Source: a virus. From it: DNA of 64,000 bases. Of the stretch, positions 40,441-52,066 are shown piece after piece. The stretch spans positions 88,281 to 152,280 of the IMG/VR virus record IMGVR_UViG_3300040786_000030. The stretch is one strand, 5' to 3'. The notes under the pieces are model-generated. The model saw only the letters and a program-made list of their open reading frames with translations. It was not told where the DNA came from and did no database searches. Position 1 is the first letter of the stretch, and each line of letters opens with the position of its first letter. A program made the translations under genes and the position numbers.

Positions 40441-42697
40441 ATGGCATATTTAACGTCGAGAATCTCAGCATCTGGGGTATCATTAAATGATTTAATACAT
40501 ATAGTTAAACCTGATGATTTAACTCAAAACCCAGCTGGTAGCTCGTATAAAATAGCTATCGGTAATTATACTAGTATATTTCCAAATACTTACACTGTTA
40601 GTAACACATTTAACCCTAGTACGTATGATTTAACAATTACTAGAACTGATGGTGTACAACTGACAACTAATTTATCTATACTATCTAGTGATATGACAAT
40701 TACTGGTGGTACATATAATAATGCTAACGGTACAGCTACATTTGTAAATAATAGTGGGTTTTCGTTTAATGTAACTGGTTTTATCACTGGTTTTACTGAT
40801 AACAACACATATGTAACAGGTGGTACATATTCAAGTGGTACAACAACCCTTAATACTAATAGTGGTACTACAGTTTTAATCACTGGTTATACTGATTCGC
40901 CATTTAGTTTAATAAATGAGGGTAGTGGACAAGGTATTGTGATTAGAGCTAGGAACCCACTAAATTATGGTGCAATTGGTGATTTAGCTTTTGATATTAG
41001 TAATTCTAGTAATGCTTCGAATACAGTTGGAGCGACAGGTACCGCCTCATTTGCTCAAGGTTCCAATACGATAGCTTCTGGTATTGCTTCAGTAGCTTTT
41101 GGTAGTAACACGATAGCTGGTGGTACTGTAAGTTTAGTTTCTGGTGTTGGTGGTGTTGAAACGGGTTACGCTAACTTTCTTACTGGTGCCTATAATGTAG
41201 TTACTGGTGGTGCTTACGCTACAGTAGTTGGTCAATTTGCTAATAGTGTGACTAATCTTATAAGTGATGTTAATAATGGTATAAATACTATGTTCGCAGT
41301 TGGTAATGGTACAGCTACAGGAGCTGGAACACCTTGTACGTAGTACAGCCTTCAGGTTTATAGAAGTGGTAGTATATTAGCACCTACATTATCAAGGACC
41401 TTAATTAATGCGGAAACTACTGGTAAAATTTTAGTAACCAAAGAATACGTAACTGGTCTTACAGGTAATGGTATTGTTACTGGTGGAACTTATACAGCTG
41501 GAACTGCTGTATTTAGAAATAATACTGGTGGTACATTTAACGTAAGTGGCTTTAGCACAGTAGCTAACGACACTGTTGTTACTGGTGGAACGTATTCTAA
41601 CGGAACCGCTGTATTTAGAAATAATACTGGCGGTACATTTAACGTAACTGGATTTAGTACTGGTGGTGGTGTTGATGTATTTGTTACAGGTGGAACTTAT
41701 ACAGCTGGAACAGCAACATTTAGAAATATTACTGGTGGAACATTTAACGTAACTGGATTTAGCACAGCCATATCATATTGGTCAGCTGGTACTGGTACAT
41801 ATGGGATATCTACAATTTTGGTGATAACGTAGCTAGTGGTCTTCGTTCAGTAGCTATTGGTTATTTAACAACTGCTAGTGGTGTATCTTCGTTCTCTCAG
41901 GGTCAAAACACTAAAGCTAATGGTGATGGGTCACATGCTCAGGGTGGCACTACAATTGCTAGTGGAATATATTCACATGCTCAGGGTAATGCTACGACTG
42001 CTAGTGGGATGTTTTCACACCTCAAGGCCAATATAGTTTAGCTAGTGGTGGTGCTTCACATGCTGAGGGTGATTCAACAATTGCTAGTGGTAATTTTTCA
42101 CATGCTGAAGGTACTCAAACTAAAGCCACTAATACTGGTAGTCATGCTGAAGGTGATACAACTGAAGCTAATGGTTCTGCTAGTCACGCTGGTGGTCTTA
42201 ATAGTAAAGCTAATGGTCAAACATCGTTTGTTCATGGTGTTAATTCACAAGCAACTGGTACTAACACAATAGTCTTTGGTTCTGGTATATCAGGTACATC
42301 ATCTGACACTATGTACGTTGATAATCTTAATATAAAACATTTACTGGTAGTTCTAGTGTTAGTACTTTAGGTGTTACTTCTACTGGTAAAGTAGTTATTG
42401 CTGAAATTATGCAAAAACAATTACTGGTAGTTACACTTTATTAAGTGCTGATAATGATTATACTATTATCGTTAATAATGGGGCTACGAATATAACAATA
42501 ACAGTACCAACCTTATTAGTAAGTAAATTTAATGCTGGTTTCATACAACAAGGTAGTGGTACAGTTAGTTTTGTTGCATCTGGTACTACGATTAGAACAC
42601 CAGTTGGTTTAAAAATTAAAGGGTTAATTATAATGCGTATATTGAAAAAGTGGGTACAACTGAAGTATTTCATTTATTAGGTAATTTAATAGTATAA
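40441..42697 (+). CDS. Tail fibre / adhesin with TGGTY repeats and YadA-head-like 14-aa repeats (frameshifted)
   Basis: Repeats VTGGTY..GT..F.N..G..FNV.GF and ASGxxSHAxGxxT, with a fibre-type C-terminal domain. Confidence 0.75.
41476..41766 (+). repeat. Three near-identical ~100 bp coding repeats
   Basis: Copies of GTTACTGGTGGAACTTAT...TTTAGAAATAATACTGGTGGTACATTTAACGTA start at about 41476, 41578 and 41683. Confidence 0.9.
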
Positions 42698-42698
42698 T

Positions 42699-42937
42699 AT
42701 GAGAAATTTTAGAAGAAATATTTTTAGTAGTGAAATTGAAAGTGGTGGTGTATCAGGTACGTCTTATCAGCTTCAAAACGGAGGACAATCTGACGCAACT
42801 TATAGCTACAGAGAACCAGGAACTAATACGCTAATTAGTACATTTTAGGTGGATTTGAAACTACTACAATTTGTGCTGTAAATGGTTCAGTATCAGCAGA
42901 AAGCGCAATCAACGTATCAGAACTTGGGTCTTGTTAA
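42699..42937 (+). CDS. Small hypothetical protein
   Basis: Runs MRNFRRNIF...LGSC across one indel, directly after the fibre gene. Confidence 0.5.
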
Positions 42938-42971
42938 TAATTAAATAAATAATGATTAAATAAAGAGATAA

Positions 42972-43212
42972 ATGGCACAATTATTAAAAAAAATAGAAGG
43001 AGAATTTCTAACCAATGTTGAAACAAAAAATTGGCTTAAAAGCTGTATTGGGCGAAATACAAGACCGAGATTTTATTAAACTAAATGGTTTAATTGCTTT
43101 ATTACAAAATTTTAGTAATATTGAGGAAACAATAGAATTATCTAAACCAATTAATTTTGGGTTAGTGAATAGTATTAACATGGCTAGAATAGAATTACAA
43201 ATTAATTACTAA
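42972..43212 (+). CDS. Small hypothetical protein
   Basis: Starts MAQLLKKIEG, and its stop overlaps the next ATG. Confidence 0.55.
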
Positions 43213-44634
43213 TGAGATATCAAGAAAGGATATATATACAAAACAATAACGATGCAGTTAGAAATAAGGACATATTAAGCTTTAATATGAGTTCTGATAT
43301 GTCAATATTTGAAGGTCCATTATTTAACGTTTCTGGTGCCTCTAAAATCGATTGTACTGGTATTACAAGTTCATATGTTATATCAACAGGTACTACAATA
43401 CCATTAACATTCGTATTCACGGCAAATACTAATAGTTTTACTGCTAATACAACATCATTTAAATATGAAGTTTATAAATTCGATAGTAATTTAACTGCAT
43501 TTACAACGATACCAGTTTATAAATCTAACTTATTAGAATATTCTGGTTTTAGCGGTACAAATAGTACTTATCAGACAATACCTGTAAATCAACTTTTATT
43601 AGATGGAGAATATTTAATAAAAGGTTATTATGAATATTCAAATACTACTGAATACCTAAATAAACTAGGTATAAAAACAGATACATTATTATTTAAAAAT
43701 GGTGTTGAGTATGGTATATATGATAAAATGTAGATTATTATTTTAATGCGATAAAGTCAGCGAGTATACCATTATTTTCGAACAATGGTTCAAACGTTCC
43801 ATTAATTAACTCATTATTCCAACAATTAATTTTCCCAGAAACAATTAGTGCAAATACTATAAATGTAACTGTTGGTTATGTTGGTGCTGTTATTTTAACT
43901 TTAAATGGTGCTGTTTTAGCGCCAACATTAGATTATACTATTGATGGTAGTGTAATCGTTTTAGCTGGAGATGTATCACCTGATGATTTATTAACGTTAG
44001 TTTATACTACGAGTAATGTTAATAATTTATCCAGTGATATACTTTACATTACAACACCTATTGCTAGTGGTTCTACAGATAATCAAGGTAGTAACACATC
44101 ATATTATAATACTACTACTGGTAAATATGAAATATATACTGATACAACACCACTAGAGGGTAATTCAATTTTAGTAATGTTAAATGGTGTTACATTGGCG
44201 AATGGTGGTGACTATTACCAATCAATTTCTAACCCTAAAAGGATAATATTAGAGGTGATTTATTAATTGAGGATATAATAACAATTGTTTATTATCCTAC
44301 TACAACGGTCATTAATGGTTTAATAACGTCAAACCCTATTGTAAGTTGGCGAATAGCTAACTCACCAGAATTAGTAAATGGTAATTTTATATTAGAAGTT
44401 AGTGATAACAATATGTTTAGTAGTTTTATATATACTGGTGTAACGGATTATGTTATCGGTCAGCTAGAATATAACGATAATTTTATTGCTAGTGGGTCAA
44501 TTGGTAGTAAATTATATTATAGGGTAAAAAATGTTAAAGATTATATCACATTTTGTGGTAATATAATTAATAGTACTGTTTACAGTGAAGTAATACCATT
44601 AACAATACAAACTAACGCCATAAATTCATACTAA
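43212..44634 (+). CDS. Beta-rich virion protein (frameshifted)
   Basis: Stitched ORFs containing two LNG..LA...DY repeats typical of phage structural modules. Confidence 0.6.
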
Positions 44635-44714
44635 AGGTTTACTATTAGATATTTATGACTAAAATATCTGGTATAAAATAAAGTATCTAATATTTATAAT
44701 AAAAACATAAAAAC

Positions 44715-46836
44715 ATGTCATACATAATTAACGGGACAAACCCATTCGTATCGATAAAATTAACTGAAAAGGGCGTGAGCAACTTAGTATGGGTCAACTT
44801 ACGTTTTCACATTGGATTGGTGATTCTGAAATTAACTATAATAGAGAAATAATTGTAGATGCTAATCCAAATGATGTTACATTATCTGCTAGTAGCAAGG
44901 TACTTAGACCATTAGATAAACAACCTAATTGTAAATATTTTATTACACCAATAGGTGCTTCAAGCCCTATCAAATTTTAGATGGTGGTAGTTTAAACGTT
45001 ATAAAAGCTGTTGTTAATAATGAAGCGACTGAAAGAGGTTTCTTTTCAGGGACGACTTATAAAACTTTAACTGGTAGTACTTATTCACCATATTCAACAA
45101 CCTTCTCAAACAGTTACTTAACTGGTGGTACGGTAATGAATGGTTTTACAGCTACAACTAAATTTAATGTTGGTGATTTATTATTAAATTAAATAATAAT
45201 AGTTTATCAGGTGCGCCAGCTGTAAATACTAATACAGTACCAAGACCTAATATTTGGTATAAAATAATTGGTGTTAATAGTACTTCAATAACTGTTGATA
45301 GAAAATTACCTAATTACTCATCACAAAATAGTTACTTATCAGAATTAATTACATATAAAAGTGGTGAGGTTTATGATACAATTGCTACTGGTAATACAAG
45401 CGCATATTGGGATAGTGGTACTTTGTCTTTTGATTCTGCATCTAATATAACGTGTCATGATGTTCCAGTTTGGAATATGAATACTGTTTGGTGTGAAAAT
45501 CTTGCTGGTATAACTGGTTTAACTACAACAAACTTATATGAAGATTACACTAAATTTGGTTCATATCAATATTTGGGTGATAAATCACCATATTTAGATT
45601 ATCCTTGTGGTTCTGACCTAACAAGTACTGCGTCAACATGTAATACTGTTGGTTTAAGTTATGATGATGAAGTATCAAAATCGATATCTATTTTACATTA
45701 TACAAATAACGCTATTTCAAGTCTATATGGGGAATTCTTATATATTGATGCTACAAATAATAAAATAGTTAAATTAATATTTCCAGATTTAATGTACCAT
45801 AGGTCTAAATTTGCTACAACAAGTGGTGTTACCATGGGTATGTCATTTATAGCTACTGGTTCAACAAAATATGTTACAAACACAAATATAGAGTATGTAG
45901 ACTTAATCGAAGACTCAACATATGTTTCAGGAACACCTTTAGTTATTGGTAGAGTATATACTCAATTAAAAACTATTGTAATTCATAATGATGAAATTAT
46001 AGCTGCTCTATCTTACAAATCAAATAGAAACTGGACATTACCAAAATTAGCAGCAACAGTAGCATCACCAAGTGGTGGTACATCTACTGGTATATTATTA
46101 GTTGATAGTACAATTTACTTAACATATTCACTTGAAAGCACAATAGATGGTTTACAAACTAGTCTACCTTGTCAAGATTATGTTAAATTAACAAATACTA
46201 CAAATGCACCTAAAGATATTGCATTTAGAATTAGTCAAACTGATTTATTACCTTTTATGCGTAAAATAGAAGGTGGTTATGATGGTCTAGGATTTTATGC
46301 TGATAAATTTAAATTATTATATCAAATTGTTAGTGATGAAAATACTCGCCCCGACCCAGGCGCTTGGAAATCTTATGATTATACATCCACAGCCATAACT
46401 GGTAATGTTGGTGAAACAATTGACCCTAAAAAATTAGAAATACAAACACCAACAATAACTGGGTTTATGTTAGATACGATTAAAGATTCTACGGCTACAA
46501 TTTTGATTTAACAAAATCATTAAATATGGCGGCAAATTCTTCACCTACAAGTTTACAATTTGGTGATGAACGTTTTTTCTATGGTAATATAAAACATATA
46601 TTGGTGCGACAATTTTCAAAACGATATTTGATATTAGAGTTAACTCTGGATTATTCAACGCAACAACAAATCCAACAAGAAGTAAAGATTTATCAACAAA
46701 CCCACCTAATATTAAAGTGAGTGAAGTTGGGATATACGATATAAATAAAAATTTAGTTTGTATTGGAAAATTAAGCAAACCAGTAGCTTTAATAACTGGT
46801 GATACGATAATGATAGAATTAGCACTAGACTTTTAA
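44715..46836 (+). CDS. Baseplate/tail-fibre attachment protein (frameshifted)
   Basis: N-terminal KLTEKGRE..GDSEINY and C-terminal VSEVGIYD..KNLVCIGKLSKPV. Preceded by two ATATTTAT motifs. Confidence 0.6.
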
Positions 46837-46839
46837 AAG

Positions 46840-48045
46840 ATGGGATATAACACAACAGCCGCAACACAAACATTAATAGCTAAGCTTACACCGCTTGGAA
46901 GACAATTATTAGTAACTTCAAATAATACTTTGATAACTAGTTTTAGTCTTGGTGATTCAGATGCTAATTATAACGCACTATTACCTTTAACTACTGGGCA
47001 AATACCAGCAGAATCTGGGGAATTATTAATCAATGGTTTACAAAGTAATAGTACTCAAGTAAACACTAGAATTAAGAGTTTATTAAAATTTGATACAAAT
47101 GGGGCATTACAAAACCAGTTGAATCACAATCAAGTCTTGTGACAAGTGAAACTATCACAAATGGTCAAACATTAATTAGTGGTGCAAATATATCACAAAT
47201 TACTGTAGCTAGGTCAAATTTTTTAACTGATAGTTATGTTAATTTATTTTATTCTTTTGGGCTTCCATTAAATAGTGTCGATGATAATAAATATACTGGT
47301 ACAACATATGTAAATGGTGGTTATTCAGATACTGCTTTAAGCGCTGTAGCTAAAACTAAGATAGTTGTTATCAGTGTTGATACTTCACAATATGGTGAGA
47401 CTATAGATGGTAAATCAATTAAAATATCGTTACCAACATCTGGTGGTACTTATAATATATATAGCACATTCCAAAATAAGGGTATACAAGCAACTGTTGA
47501 GGATGCAAACCTTAGGGAAACATCTACACTTGGTAACCCATTTGGTGATAATGTAGCTTTCTTATTCTCTGACGAGATATTAAAACCAAACGGTGGAAAT
47601 CCATTATTAAGTTGGGGTACTGGCTATGGAACTGTTAAACCTTTTAGTTTAAATAATAAATTGTTATATAATTTACAAACAAATAGTAATATTGGGGTAA
47701 GTGCTGATACAATGGTTGGTGTAGCTTACTTAGATAAGGGTTTAATAGTAATCACTGACCCGACAATAATTGCTAATTATGAATTAGCAACAGGTATGAC
47801 TTCAGGTGTAACAGTAACTCTTAGCAGTGTCTCAACCTCAGTTTTCAAAATATTACATGTATTGCTGGTAGAGGTGAATTTGGAACTTCAACTAATCCAT
47901 CTTTTGGGTTATTAGATAGTCCAAGAATTAGTGAAGTTGGGTTATATGATACTAATGGTAATATAATCGCCATAGCAAAACTGACCGACATATAGTTAAA
48001 AATATCAATGAATTCATAGCTCTTGGTATAAAAATAATGATTTAA
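46840..48045 (+). CDS. Paralogous baseplate/tail-fibre attachment protein (frameshifted)
   Basis: N-terminal KLTPLGRQ..GDSDANY and C-terminal ISEVGLYD..GNIIAIAKTD. Confidence 0.6.
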
Positions 48046-48085
48046 TATTTACATTCTATGTATTAGAATTATTTTAAATGAAAAA

Positions 48086-48714
48086 ATGGAAGATAAAAAA
48101 TATTTGTTAGCTTTAGATGTTAGTACTAGTTGTATTGGAATAGCATTATTTGAAGATTTAGGGACAAAAGGTAAATTAACACTACTTAATCATGTAGCAC
48201 CTAAAGTAAAACCATTACCAACAAGTAAGATGGAAGAATTATTTCGTAAAGTAGAAATATTTGAAAAAGAATTTTTAACAAACTGTGTCGGTTTTAATAT
48301 CACAACAGTGGTAATAGAAGAACCATTATTACAGTCTAATAATGTTAATACAGTCGCTACTTTATTAAGATTTAACGGTATGATTTCTAAATCAGTATTT
48401 GATACGTTAGGTGTTGTCCCAGATTTTATTTCATCATATGATGCTCGTAAATATAGTTTCCCAGAATTAATGAGTGTTAGGAAATTTAAAAAATGGAACT
48501 GCATTAACTGATAAACAAATAAGTAAAAATGTACCAGTATTATTTGGTAATTATCCATTTGATGCTGATAAAAATATATCCTTTGGGAAAAAGTTTCAGA
48601 ATTAGAACCACAAATTATATGGTTTTGATAAAAAAATAAACTAAAAAAGAAACATTTGATATGAGTGATGCATATGTTTGTGGTTTAGCATATTTTAATA
48701 AAAGAAATTTATAA
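48086..48714 (+). CDS. RuvC-like Holliday junction resolvase
   Basis: LLALDVSTSCIG, VVIEEP and DMSDAY acidic RNase H-fold motifs. Confidence 0.75.
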
Positions 48715-48732
48715 ATTTAAATTATTTATTCG

Positions 48733-48740
48733 TATCTTTG
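48733..48740 (+). promoter_or_regulatory. Bacteroidota -7 promoter element
   Basis: TATCTTTG 4 nt before the primase ATG. Confidence 0.55.
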
Positions 48741-48744
48741 CCGA

Positions 48745-49687
48745 ATGAATATACTTTTAGTACACATACTTGAATCTTTTTAGGTGAAACTCGAAAACAT
48801 AATGAAGACACAGGACAAATCGCATTTGATTGTCCTGTATGTTCAGGCGAAAAGGTTTAATAGATGGTGATGGTAAAGGTAATCTAGAGATTAATTACAA
48901 TAGGAATATGTTTAAATGTTGGGCTTGCCCTGACACTAACTACATGCATGGCCCTGTAATTAAATTATTAAAAAACATGGTACACCTAAAAACACTAGAG
49001 ACTACTTGCTAGTAAAACCAGATGCTGATATAATAATTTCTAAAGAAAAGAAGAAATAATCGTTGAACTTCAGAGGGTTATCAAAAACTTTCAGATTGTA
49101 CACCTAAAGACTATGGTTATGCTAACGCTATGTATTATTTAAAATCTAGGGTATAACCAATGATATAATAAAAGAATTTAATATTGGTTATACTACACGT
49201 GGACCTTTATAATAGAATAATAATCCCATCATATGATTTAAATGGTGATTTAAATTATTTTATCGCTAGATGGTACCCAAAAGAATACAATAAACTTAAA
49301 TACATCAACCCAAAAGCTGAAAAGCAAGAGATAATTTTCAATATTGGCAAATTAAATTTAGATGCTACAATATATCTTGTAGAAGGTGTAACTGACCATA
49401 TAGTAACACCTAATTCAATACCATTATTGGGTAAGGTTATATCGTCAGATTTATTAGAATTATTACACGATAAAGCTCAAGGGTTAATTGTGATTCTTTT
49501 GATGGTGATGCGTATATAGATGCAAAAATATTATACAAAAGCTAAATTTTGGTGATTTAACTGATAGAATTAGAATTTGTGTACCATCAGAAGATTATGA
49601 CCCATCAAAAATATTTGAAAAGTTTGGTAATGCTGGTATAGTAAACCTTTACGTAGTAGCCATAAATTAAACTACTTAGAATTATAA
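48745..49687 (+). CDS. dnaG: DNA primase, DnaG-like (frameshifted)
   Basis: Zinc ribbon CPVC...KCWAC, RIIIPSY, and TOPRIM motifs LVEG..D and LDGD. Confidence 0.8.
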
Positions 49688-49694
49688 TAAAATG

Positions 49695-49725
49695 TTGTTA
49701 CTTTTATAAAATAATCGTATGTTTG
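49695..49725 (+). promoter_or_regulatory. Bacteroidota-type promoter
   Basis: TTG at 49695 and TATGTTTG at 49718-49725. Confidence 0.6.
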
Positions 49726-49738
49726 CAATAAAAAACAT

Positions 49739-50517
49739 ATGAGTAAAGCAAAACTATGGGTTGGTCCAGTTTATTTAGAACCAATAGCACATAAATATAT
49801 ACATAGAGAAACGAATAAGAAATATTCATCTGTTACTACAACTCTTTCTTCAATCGAACCACATTTTGACGTGGAAGGTGTATCAGCTGCTATCGTAAAA
49901 CAACAGGATAGTGCAAAACAAGAAAGATATATTGACTAACACAAATGCAGATAATAGATTATTGGCAAATGCTTAACGATGAGGCAAATGTTTATGGTAC
50001 CATGGTACATGATATAGTAGAAAGATATTTATTGGCTGATAAGTGGTATTTCCCACCTGATACTGAAGAAGGAAAATTTGAACAAAAGTAATTGATGGGT
50101 ATAATAGCCTTGAAATTGATGAAGGTATAGCTGTTTGGCCAGAACGTATACCATTTGCTGAGCAATATGAATTAGCTGGTATGTCAGATTTAATTATCGA
50201 TATTGATGATGTATATTTTGATGTTTTGGACCATAAACCAATAGAGTATTTAATTTTATAACCCATTTGGTAATGAAACTTTATATAAACCGTTTGACCA
50301 TTTGCAAGCATGTCAATGGTCTATTTATACATTACAATTAAGTGTTTATGCTTATATGTATGAATTAGAATTCCTAAACGTAAATGTCGTCAAATAGTGG
50401 TATTATATTGGGATAAAACTAAAGATACTTTTGAGAAGATACATATTATGTTCCTCAAGCACGAAGCAAAAAAAATTAATTGAATTACATCATTATAACC
50501 TTATGAAAAATGGTTAA
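49739..50517 (+). CDS. PD-(D/E)XK (RecB/Cas4-like) exonuclease (frameshifted)
   Basis: YSSVTT, GTMVH, AGMSDL, LDHKT and YTLQLSVYA motifs. Confidence 0.8.
50451..50511 (+). repeat. Direct repeat copy 1 (recoded exonuclease C-terminus)
   Basis: TTC CTC AAG CAC, then GAAGCA...ATGAAAAAT identical to copy 2 except for one extra A in the homopolymer. Confidence 0.95.
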
Positions 50518-51165
50518 AAAAATCTTTTGATATCTCGATTAAAATAAGAACATAATGGTTGGAGATTACTGAAGTGATTTAATTTCAGTAACTCTTCTTC
50601 TGTTATTGCTGATGAACTAGGTATTATGTGGTCAATATCCCAACCATATTCTGGTGTACCGTTGTATAAACCATAATTATCCCATATCATCCACGGTTAA
50701 AACCTTGATTCAAGGTATTTTCTAAATTCTTTAATACTGCAACTTAATATTTTATTTGTTGTGTTATTTTTATCAAAACCATTTCGTTTAATAGAGTTTC
50801 TTATTAAACATCTAATATATTTGATAATTTAAAAAGAAAATCGGTTTTACTACGTTCTTTAATATATTCGTTATAGTAATTAGGTCTTTTTTTCTAACTA
50901 TCTTTTTTAGTTTCTTTAACTTTATTTGGATTATTTTTAAACCACTCTTTTAGAATTTTGTTAGTTTCTAAATTATTTTTAACCCACTCTTTTTACGAAT
51001 AATTTCTTTTTCTGATTTAGCTAAATCTTTTAAAATAATTTGGGTTGTTCTTAACCCAATTTGATTGTAATTTTTTATTTTTTCTTTATTTTTTTCTCTG
51101 TATTCCTTATTATATAAACGTTTGGCTTCTTTACGTTCTTCTTCGGTTAAATATTTTTTATTCAT
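50514..51165 (-). CDS. HNH endonuclease with basic helical N-terminus (frameshifted)
   Basis: Reverse strand reads ...CSIKEFRKYLESRF.PWMIWDNYG...WDIDHIIP...LNHFSNLQPLCSYFN, a free-standing HNH type common in large DNA viruses. Confidence 0.85.
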
Positions 51166-51920
51166 TTGTATCTTTATTTATTAATGTTCTTAAGTATTCA
51201 GATAATGATAAATCTAAAATTAATAATTTTTTCGTTAAATTAATATATAATTCATCATTTACTCTAAAACTTAACAAATGGTCTTTATTTAATTTTATTT
51301 CTGGTGAGTCCTCCAAATCCATCTCAATTTTAAATGTTTCAGAATCCACAATGAGTTTATATTCTTCATATTTTTAATGTTTTCTTCATCTATACTCCAG
51401 TGTAAATTATTTTAATAAAATTATTTTCATTATCGTTAAATAAATTATTAAAAATGAACTCCCTTTTGTTAGAAGATGCTATGATTAATTTAGAGTTAAA
51501 TTGACTACTTAATACTGGTATGGTATATGATATTATATCATCTAAACGATTAATAAACATGCATTATCGATAATGACATGTGTAATTGCAACCTCTTAAA
51601 CCATCTAAAGTTGAAGCTATTTTATTAAATTACCATTTTCTAATTGTAATGTAGAAACAGTATCTTTTATTTTTTTAAATCTGATATTCTACCATCAAGT
51701 CTAATTTTATTTAATAGATGTTTAGCTGAGGCTAATTTTTCTGTGAATAAAATAATTGTGTTATTACTAGTATTATTTTGTTCTAATAAAGTTTCTATGA
51801 TAAATTCTGCTAAAACAGTTGAAACACCCATCTGTCTAGAGTGTTTTATAAGTGAAAATTTATTAGTATGTAAAGATTCTAATAGTGTTGTTTGATAATT
51901 TTAATTTCATTGTAATACAT
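51158..51920 (-). CDS. Degenerate terminase-large-subunit ATPase domain fused to a ribbon-helix-helix-like C-terminus (frameshifted)
   Basis: Reverse strand reads YQ..LL, KHSRQMGVST, LRG, VIIDNA, LIIASS, LHW...F.IE, then LLSFRVNDELY..L...LSLSEYLRTLI. Confidence 0.65.
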
Positions 51921-51940
51921 TTTAAAAATTTGTTATACAA

Positions 51941-51989
51941 ATAAATATGTGTAAAATCTTGTAAAGACCAAAATTATTTGGTATATTTG
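51941..51989. promoter_or_regulatory. Divergent promoters: minus-strand ATATTTAT into the cassette, plus-strand Bacteroidota promoter toward clpP
   Basis: ATAAATAT at 51941-51948 is ATATTTAT on the minus strand, 20 nt before ATG 51920. TTG(51959)...TATATTTG(51982-51989) lies on the plus strand. Confidence 0.6.
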
Positions 51990-52000
51990 TATTTCGATAG

Positions 52001-52066
52001 TTTTTAAAACATGAAGCAAAAAAATTAATTGAATTACATCATTATAACCTTATGAAAAATAAATAA
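52001..52066 (+). repeat. Direct repeat copy 2 (displaced original exonuclease 3' end)
   Basis: TTT TTA AAA CAT GAA GCA...AAT AAA TAA, immediately followed by the clpP ATG. Confidence 0.95.

Larger units (their letters stand above)
50451..52066. mobile_element. Inserted HNH cassette bounded by a duplicated exonuclease 3' end
   Basis: A direct repeat at 50451-50511 and 52001-52060 encodes FLKHEAKKLIELHHYNLMKN. It encloses the only minus-strand genes in the window. Confidence 0.75.

Noticed and set aside
48086-48714. TnpB/Cas12-like RuvC effector
   Set aside because: It is only about 200 aa, with no zinc finger or REC/WED region and no adjacent array or IS ends. It fits a resolvase next to primase.
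49739-50517. Cas4 as part of a CRISPR-Cas system
   Set aside because: No Fe-S cysteine cluster, other cas genes or array were seen. It is an ordinary phage PD-(D/E)XK exonuclease.
51158-51920. The phage's functional large terminase
   Set aside because: It is too short (~250 aa), lacks the nuclease domain, has altered Walker motifs, and lies inside an insertion.
50451-52066. Group I intron or DGR template/variable repeat pair
   Set aside because: The gene is already complete before the insert and the ORFs are antisense, so splicing is unnecessary. The repeat differences are synonymous and include T/C changes rather than being adenine-specific, and no reverse transcriptase is present in the window.
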